Assembly: GCA_964475455.1 (NCBI GenBank)
Contig: CAYYXJ010000003.1
Coordinates: 1 to 34,959 of the forward strand
Reading direction: 5' to 3'
DNA from: an uncultured Clostridiaceae bacterium
Lineage (GTDB): Bacteria > Bacillota > Clostridia > DUPQ01
Length of the DNA: 34,959 nt
Part shown: positions 25,253 to 32,307 of the stretch, piece after piece
How positions within the stretch are numbered: the stretch's first letter is position 1
Layout of the letters: every line of letters starts with the position of its first letter
The notes under the pieces: model-generated
What the model was told of the DNA's origin: nothing
The model's database searches: none
Seen by the model: the letters and a program-made list of their open reading frames with translations, nothing else
Program-made: the position numbers and the translations under genes

Positions 25253-26326
25253 ATGACCACGCACCATGATAAAGTGCAGAAATATGATTTTATAAAATAT
25301 ACAGTGTCAGGAATCTTCCTGATACTTTTCTGTGCGTTTATTTCACTATATTTCTTTGAAAACAGTATGAAGGATGTAATGCTGACCATTAATGGAAGGG
25401 TTTATGCCGCAAAGACAATACAGGATACAGTTGGGGATTTCATAGAAAACAACGATATCCCGTTTGATCAAAATCATGATTACATAACTACATCGCTCAA
25501 TGCACCCCTTGATATGGAAAGCACCAACAGCTTTGTAATCAAAAATGCTGTATCGGTTACCTTGCAGTATGATGGTGTTGAAAAAGAGATGATGACCTAT
25601 GTTGATACCATAGGAGATCTCCTAAAAGAAAATAATATAATGCTATATGAAAATGACAGAATAAACATGTATACCCCTGAAACTCCGATTGTTTCCGGAA
25701 TGGTCATTGAAGTTGTGAGGGTTACCAAGGACATGGAAATCATTCGGTCTCCGATTCCATACAAGGTAAAAGTAGTGGAAAACCCGACCATGGGACAGAA
25801 TGAAATCAATGTTCTGCAGACAGGTGAATACGGAGAGCATGGCCTTCAATTCATGATAACCTATGAAAATGGTGTTGAGGTTTCAAGGGAAACAATACTC
25901 AATGAAGTCATTAAACCTGTTGTTGACGAAGTTATTGAAAGAGGAACAATTCCGGTTAAAACCATTCAGGGAACCGGGCAGACTTTCATGTACAGCAAGA
26001 TGGTAGTGATGGAAGCTACAGCCTATACACTTGACCCTGCCGAGTGCGGTGGCAAGGAACCAGGGGATCCACTGTACGGTATAACCCGGTCGGGACTTCC
26101 TGCTGAAAGAGGAGTTATTGCGGTCGATCCAAATGTGATACCTTTGTTTACAAAAGTATACATAGAAACGGCTGAGGGAAAATTTATTGATTATGGAATG
26201 GCCATTGCAGCAGATACCGGAAGTGCAATCATCGGCAACAGGATAGATTTGTACATGGAAGAAAAATCAGAGGCACTGTTGTGGGGCAGAAGAGACGTCA
26301 GGGTATACTTTGTATATGAAAACTGA
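25253..26326 (+). CDS. YabE-like cell-wall protein (DUF348 repeats, G5 domain, C-terminal 3D domain)
   Basis: An N-terminal TM segment is followed by repeated DUF348-like segments, a G5-like region (VVENPTMGQNEINVLQTGEYG) and a C-terminal 3D-domain pattern (ATAYT...TRSGLPAERGVIAVDPNVIPLFTKVYIE...ADTGSAI). It keeps the conserved position upstream of ksgA/rsmA. Confidence 0.8.
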   Translation: MTTHHDKVQKYDFIKYTVSGIFLILFCAFISLYFFENSMKDVMLTINGRVYAAKTIQDTVGDFIENNDIPFDQNHDYITTSLNAPLDMESTNSFVIKNAVSVTLQYDGVEKEMMTYVDTIGDLLKENNIMLYENDRINMYTPETPIVSGMVIEVVRVTKDMEIIRSPIPYKVKVVENPTMGQNEINVLQTGEYGEHGLQFMITYENGVEVSRETILNEVIKPVVDEVIERGTIPVKTIQGTGQTFMYSKMVVMEATAYTLDPAECGGKEPGDPLYGITRSGLPAERGVIAVDPNVIPLFTKVYIETAEGKFIDYGMAIAADTGSAIIGNRIDLYMEEKSEALLWGRRDVRVYFVYEN

Positions 26327-27185
26327 CGAAAACAGTTTGTTCAACAGACTGAAAAAATTTGATATAAGACCCATCAAAAGCCTTGGTCAGAACTTTCTTA
26401 TAGACAATAATGTAATAACGAAAATAATTGAATCCGCAAAAATAAATAAAGACGACCTGGTCATTGAAATCGGTCCCGGAGCAGGAAGTATGACAAAAGT
26501 CATAGCCCAAAAGGCAGGAGCTCTGGCAGCCATTGAGATAGACAGACACATGATGCCTCTTCTGGAAGAAGTTCTCTCATCTTTTGATAACACTATATTG
26601 ATTAATAAAGATGTCCTTGAAGTAAATATCGAGGAGGAAGTTCTTTCACATTTCCCGGGATATAATTCCTACAAAGTTGTTGCAAATCTTCCGTATTACA
26701 TAACAACACCGATAATAATGAAATTCATAGAGTCAAAAAGCCCTCCTGCGCAGATGACTGTCATGATGCAAAAAGAAGTTGCAGATAGACTGCGTGCTAC
26801 TCCCGGTAATAAGGAATATGGTTCGCTGACGGTTGCGACCGGTGTGTTTTGCAACATATCAAAGGTTATGGATGTTAGCAGCGGTTGCTTTTATCCCAGA
26901 CCGGATGTAACCAGTACCGTTTTAAATCTTCAAAACAAGGGAAAAGATATACTAAAGGGTTTAGACCGCGAGTTGTTCTTTTCCATCGTCAGGGCGTCTT
27001 TTTCACAAAGAAGAAAAAAGATGTCAAATTCCCTGGTAAACACAGCGGGACTTTCTTTGACCAGAGAACAGATTGAAAGTATTCTGGTGGACATGGGAGT
27101 TTCCAGTGATATACGGGCGGAAAAGTTATCTTTGGAACAGTTCATCACTTTCTCGACAAATATCGAAAGATTGTTAAGCAATTAA
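26316..27185 (+). CDS. rsmA: 16S rRNA (adenine1518/1519-N6)-dimethyltransferase
   Basis: SLGQNFL, EIGPGAGSMT and NLPYYITTPI. The ATG at 26316 overlaps the end of the upstream gene, and the ORF-track start TTG 26310 lies two codons upstream. Confidence 0.95.
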   Translation: MKTDENSLFNRLKKFDIRPIKSLGQNFLIDNNVITKIIESAKINKDDLVIEIGPGAGSMTKVIAQKAGALAAIEIDRHMMPLLEEVLSSFDNTILINKDVLEVNIEEEVLSHFPGYNSYKVVANLPYYITTPIIMKFIESKSPPAQMTVMMQKEVADRLRATPGNKEYGSLTVATGVFCNISKVMDVSSGCFYPRPDVTSTVLNLQNKGKDILKGLDRELFFSIVRASFSQRRKKMSNSLVNTAGLSLTREQIESILVDMGVSSDIRAEKLSLEQFITFSTNIERLLSN

Positions 27186-27197
27186 CGAAAAAACCCT

Positions 27198-27225
27198 TTT
27201 ACAAACAAATAAAATCGAGTATAAT
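27198..27225 (+). promoter_or_regulatory. Sigma-A-type promoter for pck
   Basis: TTTACA (27198-27203), a 16-nt spacer, then TATAAT (27220-27225). Confidence 0.55.
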
Positions 27226-27249
27226 GGCTTCGATTACGTTTTGACCAAT

Positions 27250-27268
27250 ACCGGGTATGCCGGTTTTT
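27250..27268 (+). other. Short hairpin plus U-run in the pck 5' leader
   Basis: ACCGG-gtatg-CCGGT (5-bp stem) is followed by TTTTT and ends 2 nt before the SD AGGAGG (27271-27276). The function is unknown. Confidence 0.35.
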
Positions 27269-27283
27269 ATAGGAGGTAAGAGA

Positions 27284-29131
27284 ATGTTAAATAATGTTTT
27301 GGACCAGGCAAATCTTAAAAAGCTTGAGGCCCTTGACAACCAGAAAGTAATGACCAACCTTAAGATGGCAGTTGAACTTTGCAAGCCTGCCAAAGTTACA
27401 GTCATTACTGATTCAGCAGAAGATATTGCATATCTCAGAAATCTAGCCATCGTGAATGGTGAAGAAAGCAAACTGAAAATGAAGGGTCACACAATTCATT
27501 TCGACGGTATGCAGGATCAGGCCAGGGATAAGGCAAATACAAGATATTTGCTGGAAGAAGAAGTTAATTGGGGAATGGATGTTAACTATATAATGAAGGA
27601 CAAGGGGCTGCCTGAAGTTCTTGGATTCTTGGATGGTTCCATGGAAGGCAAGGAGATGCTTGTGACATTCTTTGCACTCGGACCTCAAAATTCCAAATTC
27701 ACAATAGGAGCTATGCAGATAACGGATTCATCATATGTCGTTCACTCAGAAACGCTTCTTTATCGTGCTGGTTATGAACACTTCAAAAAAGTTTTGAAGG
27801 GTTCTGATGATTTCTTTTTCTTCTTACATTCAGCAGGTGAACTTGATGAAAGAAATAATACAAAGAATATAGACAAGAGAAGAATTTATATTGACCTCGC
27901 AGAAAACACAGTTTACACGGTAAACAATCAGTATGCCGGAAACAGCGTAGGACTCAAGAAACTTGCATTCAGACTTGCAATCAAGAAAGCCCACACAGAG
28001 GGCTGGCTTGCAGAGCACATGTTTGTAATGGGTGTTCATGGAAAACCAGGTAGAATAACTTATTTTGCAGGTGCTTTCCCAAGTGCATGCGGAAAAACCA
28101 GTACCGCCATGATTCCCGGACAGACAATAGTTGGCGATGATATTGCTTACCTCAAGAAGGTTGACGGCAAAATCATGAGTGTAAATGTTGAACAGGGTGT
28201 TTTTGGTATTATCAAGGATGTTAATGAAGCGGGCGATCCGGAAATCTGGAAAGCTCTTACAACACCCGGCGAAGTAATCTTCTCCAATGTATTGATTAAT
28301 GACGGAACTCCATATTGGTCAGGAATGGATATAGAAACACCCAAGGAAGGTGAAAACTATTCCGGTGAATGGTTTGAAGGAAAGAAAGACAAAAACGGCA
28401 AGGAAATTCTTCTTGCGCATAACAATTCCCGTTATACCATTAGAATAAGTGAACTTGAAAATGCAGATGTTCTTGCAGATGCTCCTGAAGGAGTAGATAC
28501 AAAGGGTCTTGTGTTTGGTGGAAGAGATTCTGATACAACAGTTCCTGTTGTCGAGGCACTTGACTGGGCACATGGCGTTATGATTGGTGCAACCATTGAA
28601 TCAGAAACAACATCAGCAACTCTTGGAGCTGAAGGAGTCAGGGTATTCAATCCAATGGCTAACCTTGACTTTATAGCAATTCCTCTTGGAGATTACATTA
28701 AGAACTACCTTGAATTCCAAAATGGTGTTGATGAAGAAACCAAAGTTTACGGTACCAACTATTTCCTCAGGGATGAAAACGGCAAGTGGTGCAACGGCAT
28801 GCTTGACAAGAAGATTTGGATATTGTGGGCTGACGGAAGAGTAAACGGAGAATTTGATGCTATCAAATCTCCTGTAGGATATTTGCCTAAGTATGAAGAC
28901 CTGAAAAATCTTTTTAAAGCTAATCTTGACAAGGATTATACTGAAAAGGAATATAATCAGCAGTTCTCCATCAGGGTTGACAAGTATCTTGCAAAGATGG
29001 ACAGAATGATTGCAATTTACAGCAAGGTTGATATGCCTGCTGAATTTACAGCACAGCTTGAAAACCAGGTTAAGAGATTGAAAGAAGCCAAGGAAAAGTA
29101 TGGCAGCGTAATCACACCTGACAAATTCTAA
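27284..29131 (+). CDS. pck: Phosphoenolpyruvate carboxykinase (GTP-dependent type)
   Basis: 615 aa. The GTP-PEPCK P-loop GAFPSACGKTSTAM is present, along with the GDDIAYL and NSRYT motifs. The ATG at 27284 follows AGGAGG. Confidence 0.9.
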   Translation: MLNNVLDQANLKKLEALDNQKVMTNLKMAVELCKPAKVTVITDSAEDIAYLRNLAIVNGEESKLKMKGHTIHFDGMQDQARDKANTRYLLEEEVNWGMDVNYIMKDKGLPEVLGFLDGSMEGKEMLVTFFALGPQNSKFTIGAMQITDSSYVVHSETLLYRAGYEHFKKVLKGSDDFFFFLHSAGELDERNNTKNIDKRRIYIDLAENTVYTVNNQYAGNSVGLKKLAFRLAIKKAHTEGWLAEHMFVMGVHGKPGRITYFAGAFPSACGKTSTAMIPGQTIVGDDIAYLKKVDGKIMSVNVEQGVFGIIKDVNEAGDPEIWKALTTPGEVIFSNVLINDGTPYWSGMDIETPKEGENYSGEWFEGKKDKNGKEILLAHNNSRYTIRISELENADVLADAPEGVDTKGLVFGGRDSDTTVPVVEALDWAHGVMIGATIESETTSATLGAEGVRVFNPMANLDFIAIPLGDYIKNYLEFQNGVDEETKVYGTNYFLRDENGKWCNGMLDKKIWILWADGRVNGEFDAIKSPVGYLPKYEDLKNLFKANLDKDYTEKEYNQQFSIRVDKYLAKMDRMIAIYSKVDMPAEFTAQLENQVKRLKEAKEKYGSVITPDKF

Positions 29132-29154
29132 TTTCAATAAGAAATACATGGATC

Positions 29155-29190
29155 AAACCACCATTGGTTATGCCGATGGTGGTTTTTTTA
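29155..29190 (+). terminator. Rho-independent terminator after pck
   Basis: AAACCACCAT-tggttatgccg-ATGGTGGTTT (10-bp stem) followed by TTTTTA. Confidence 0.85.
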
Positions 29191-29210
29191 TTTGGCAGGA
29201 TGACCGTCTG

Positions 29211-29239
29211 TATACAATAAAAATAGGTTGTTATATAAT
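29211..29239 (+). promoter_or_regulatory. Possible sigma-A promoter for zapA
   Basis: TATACA, a 17-nt spacer, then TATAAT (29234-29239). The -35 is weak. Confidence 0.35.
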
Positions 29240-29268
29240 GGAGATAACAAAAGTTCGGGAGTGATTTC

Positions 29269-29649
29269 ATGAACAAGGTTAAAATAAGGATAGCGGGCAA
29301 GGACCATTGGATAGTTGGAACGGAATCTGAGGAATTCATCCAGAAGATAGGACTTTATGTTGACAAGAAAATGACTGAAGTGATGAAGGCCGGGGAAAAC
29401 AATCTTAGTACTGTAATGGGCTCAGTTTTGGTTTCGGTTAATATAGCTGATGATTATTTCAAGGAAAGAGACCGGGCCAATCAACAGAAAACAAAAATGA
29501 ATGAGATGGAAAAACAAATCAAGGACCTGCAGAATAAACTTAATACCCTTGATGCAAAGTGCAGCAGACTTGAGGATGAAAAGGAAAATTTAAAGCTTAA
29601 GCTTGTTGAACGTGAGACTGAGCTACGGCAAATGAAAAAGCCTTATTAA
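29269..29649 (+). CDS. zapA: Cell-division protein ZapA
   Basis: MNKVKIRIAGKDHWIVGTESEEFIQKIGLYVDKKMTEVM...VNIADDYFK is followed by a coiled-coil tail. The layout matches Firmicute ZapA (YshA) as I recall it. Confidence 0.75.
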   Translation: MNKVKIRIAGKDHWIVGTESEEFIQKIGLYVDKKMTEVMKAGENNLSTVMGSVLVSVNIADDYFKERDRANQQKTKMNEMEKQIKDLQNKLNTLDAKCSRLEDEKENLKLKLVERETELRQMKKPY

Positions 29650-29651
29650 AT

Positions 29652-29678
29652 AAAACCGCTTCAGAGCGGTTTTTCTTT
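29652..29678 (+). terminator. Rho-independent terminator after zapA
   Basis: AAAACCGCT-tcag-AGCGGTTTT followed by TCTTT. Confidence 0.8.
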
Positions 29679-29701
29679 GGAGCTGACAACGGGGGACTAA
29701 C

Positions 29702-30199
29702 ATGAGAGAGAAAATAAATGTTTATATCGAGAAGTGCAGGAAGACTGCACGGGTACCGGAATACTCAAATGCCGGTGATGCGGGAATGGATATATATGCA
29801 GCCGAAGAATGTATAATCAAACCTGGTGAAACTGTTTTGATACCAACAGGATTAAAAGTTGCTATTCCTGATGGTTTCGAAATACAGGTAAGACCAAGAA
29901 GCGGAATTTCACTCAGAACAAAACTCAGGGTTTCTAATTCGCCGGGAACCATAGACAGTGGTTTCAGGGATGAAATACAGATCATTGTAACCAATATATC
30001 AAAACCCGGTTCTGATGATACGGTTAGAACCCTTGACAAAGAAAATGGTGGGGATGGCACATACAGAGTGAGTTGTGGTGACCGTATTGCGCAGATGGTG
30101 CTTGCGAGAGTGCCGATGATAGAATTCATGGAGACAGATTCTGTTTTGGATATAGGTAATGATAGAGGCGGTGGATTTGGCTCAACCGGACATAAATGA
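29702..30199 (+). CDS. dut: dUTP diphosphatase (trimeric dUTPase)
   Basis: AGDAGMDIY, RPRSGISL, GTIDSGFRDEI and GDRIAQMVL, with a C-terminal RGGGGFGSTG arm. Confidence 0.9.
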   Translation: MREKINVYIEKCRKTARVPEYSNAGDAGMDIYAAEECIIKPGETVLIPTGLKVAIPDGFEIQVRPRSGISLRTKLRVSNSPGTIDSGFRDEIQIIVTNISKPGSDDTVRTLDKENGGDGTYRVSCGDRIAQMVLARVPMIEFMETDSVLDIGNDRGGGFGSTGHK

Positions 30200-30831
30200 T
30201 GAATCCTGATTATAAAACAATTAGTGAACCTGGTTTTTCAGAGACTGTGGTAAAAAAATCACGGTTTATATCCTATGCAATGTCTGTAGCTGATGAGGAT
30301 AGCGCAAAACTTTTCATTGAAAACATTAAAGAAAAACACAGGGATGCATCTCATAATACATATGCCTACATAGTTGGCAAAGATACTGTAACGGAGAGAT
30401 ATTCTGATGACGGGGAACCTGGTGGAACAGCAGGCATTCCTATCCTTGAAAAAATCAGACACTTCGGCCTAACTGATATTGTTGTGGTAGTAACCAGATA
30501 TTTCGGGGGAAAACTTCTTGGAACCGGCGGTTTGGCAAGGGCATATTCAGGTGGGGCCGAGGATGTCATTAACAGATGCGGTATTTCAGCCTATATAAAA
30601 GGATATCTGGTTTCAGTGTCAACGGACTATCATTATCTGGGAAAAGTTCAGAACTATATTCAAGGCAATGCTTACCGGGTTTTGGATGAAAATTTTACAG
30701 ACCATGTTATAATTAGTACGCTTATTCCGGTACAGGAATATGATAAAGTAAAAAAACATATAAAAGATATAACAAATGCCAGGGCATTTGTTGATGTGGT
30801 CAAGGAAGAATATATTGAAATGGAGATTTGA
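30196..30831 (+). CDS. yigZ: YigZ / IMPACT-family protein (UPF0029)
   Basis: KSRFISYA, ASHNTYAYIVG, DDGEPGGTAG and VVVTRYFGGKLLGTGGL. An ATGA overlap joins it to dut. Confidence 0.8.
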   Translation: MMNPDYKTISEPGFSETVVKKSRFISYAMSVADEDSAKLFIENIKEKHRDASHNTYAYIVGKDTVTERYSDDGEPGGTAGIPILEKIRHFGLTDIVVVVTRYFGGKLLGTGGLARAYSGGAEDVINRCGISAYIKGYLVSVSTDYHYLGKVQNYIQGNAYRVLDENFTDHVIISTLIPVQEYDKVKKHIKDITNARAFVDVVKEEYIEMEI

Positions 30832-30833
30832 AT

Positions 30834-31556
30834 ATGTCGGGGCACTCGAAATGGGCCAATATCAAACACAGAAAAGAAAGCAGTGATGCAAAGAGGGCAA
30901 AGATATTTACCAAAATCGGCAGGGAAATTTATGTAGCCGTAAAACAGGGCGGAGCTGATCCTGACGGTAATTCAAAGCTGAGGGATGTAATTGCCAAAGC
31001 AAAGGCTGCCAACATGCCCAATGACAATATTGCCAGAAGTATAAAAAAAGCAGCCGGAGCAGGAACCGGGGAAAACTATGAGGAAATCATCTATGAAGGA
31101 TACGGACCCTCAGGAGTTGCAGTCATTGTTGAAGCCATGACAGATAATAGAAACAGAACTGCTTCTGATGTCAGACATGTCTTTGATAAATACGGCGGAA
31201 ATCTCGGGACTACCGGATGCGTATCATATATGTTCGATAAAAAGGGAATCCTTATCATAGAAAGAAATGATGATATGGATGAGGACACGGTTATGCTGGC
31301 AGCCCTTGAAGCAGGAGCCGAGGATATAACTTCTGAAAAAGAATTCTTTGAAATAATCACTGCTGCAAATGATTTTTCAACAATCAGAGAAAACATGGAA
31401 AAGGAAGGGTTTGAGTTCATCGAAGCACAGATTAATATGATTCCTCAGAACACGGTATCATTGGATGAAGAAAGCAAAGCTTCATTTGAAAAAATCATAG
31501 ATGCCCTTGAAGACAATGATGATGTTCAAAACATATATCACAACTGGGAAGATTGA
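30834..31556 (+). CDS. yebC: YebC/PmpR-family DNA-binding transcriptional regulator
   Basis: MSGHSKWANIKHRKESSDAKRAKIFTKIGREI...YEGYGPSGVAVIVE...DNRNRT. The ATG at 30834 lies 8 nt after GGAG. Confidence 0.95.
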   Translation: MSGHSKWANIKHRKESSDAKRAKIFTKIGREIYVAVKQGGADPDGNSKLRDVIAKAKAANMPNDNIARSIKKAAGAGTGENYEEIIYEGYGPSGVAVIVEAMTDNRNRTASDVRHVFDKYGGNLGTTGCVSYMFDKKGILIIERNDDMDEDTVMLAALEAGAEDITSEKEFFEIITAANDFSTIRENMEKEGFEFIEAQINMIPQNTVSLDEESKASFEKIIDALEDNDDVQNIYHNWED

Positions 31557-31559
31557 AAT

Positions 31560-31976
31560 ATGATTAATACAACAGAAATAATTGCAAGATATGCTGAAAC
31601 AGACAAAATGGGAATCATACATCATAGTGTTTATGCCGTTTGGTTTGAAGCAGCAAGAACAGAGTTTATCAAGGGAATCGGAATACCATACAGTGAGTGT
31701 GAATCGCGTGGCCTGATGTTGCCTCTCATAAGCCTCGAATGCAAATATAACAAACCGGCATATTATGAAGATGTCATTGCAATTGAATCAAGCATCCAAA
31801 AGGCTACGCCGGTCCGCCTCGTAATCTCATATACTGCAAAAAATAAAAACACAGGAGACCTGATTGCAACCGGCAAGACAATACATGTCTGGACCGACGG
31901 TGATCGAAAACCAATCGATATGCGAAAAAAAGCACCTGATATTTATCAACTGATGATCAACAATGTAACCGAATGA
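31560..31976 (+). CDS. Acyl-CoA thioesterase, 4HBT/YbgC hotdog family
   Basis: 138 aa, RYAETDKMGIIHHSVYAVWFEAARTEFI, a hotdog-fold pattern. Confidence 0.8.
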   Translation: MINTTEIIARYAETDKMGIIHHSVYAVWFEAARTEFIKGIGIPYSECESRGLMLPLISLECKYNKPAYYEDVIAIESSIQKATPVRLVISYTAKNKNTGDLIATGKTIHVWTDGDRKPIDMRKKAPDIYQLMINNVTE

Positions 31977-32009
31977 CCTTCAACCGGGGGTTTTTCTTTA
32001 TCCCCGCAA

Positions 32010-32255
32010 ATAATCATTCCCGACCTGAATATTTGCGATAATCATTCCCGACCTGAATATTGCGATAATCATCCCCGACCTGAATATTGCGATAATCATC
32101 CCCGACCTGAATATTGCAATAATCATCCCCGACCTGAATATTTGCGATAATCATCCCCGACCTGAATATTGCAATAATTATTCCCGACCTGAATATTTGC
32201 GATAATCATCCCCGACCTGAATATTGCAATAATCATTCCCGACCTGAATATTAAG
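32010..32255. repeat. Tandem array of nine 27/28-bp direct repeats with no spacers, consensus ATAATCATYCCCGACCTGAATAT(T)TGCR
   Basis: Units start at 32010, 32038, 32065, 32092, 32119, 32147, 32174, 32202 and 32229, with lengths 28, 27, 27, 27, 28, 27, 28, 27 and 27. A truncated copy precedes the array at about 31999-32009. Confidence 0.95.
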
Positions 32256-32259
32256 TGGT

Positions 32260-32287
32260 TTGATATGAGAGGGTTTTGTAGTATAAT
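32260..32287 (+). promoter_or_regulatory. Sigma-A-type promoter for the nuclease-helicase gene
   Basis: TTGATA (32260-32265), a 16-nt spacer, then TATAAT (32282-32287). It begins 5 bp after the last repeat unit. Confidence 0.55.
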
Positions 32288-32293
32288 TATTTA

Positions 32294-32307
32294 AGAACAT
32301 ATGTTTG
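32294..32307 (+). promoter_or_regulatory. LexA-type SOS (Cheo) box
   Basis: AGAACATATGTTTG compares with the Bacillus-type consensus CGAACRNRYGTTYC / CGAAC-N4-GTTCG. The GAAC-ATAT-GTTT core has one half-site mismatch. It lies 7 nt downstream of the -10 hexamer, over the expected TSS. Confidence 0.6.

Noticed and set aside
31974-32150. Repeat array read as a C-terminal extension of the thioesterase by TGA read-through
   Set aside because: The array is in phase with the thioesterase frame and would add about 57 aa containing CDNHPRPEY-type 9-aa repeats. However, this needs stop-codon read-through, and I saw no recoding signal. The 28-bp units shift the frame and a TAA at 32148-32150 ends it. 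The intact 138-aa hotdog protein is already full length. I treat the shared frame as coincidence.
32010-32255. Possible CRISPR array, suggested by the regular repeats of about 28 bp
   Set aside because: The units abut directly with no spacers at all, because the 27/28-bp period equals the repeat length. I saw no leader or cas genes in the window. It is a plain tandem repeat, not a CRISPR array.
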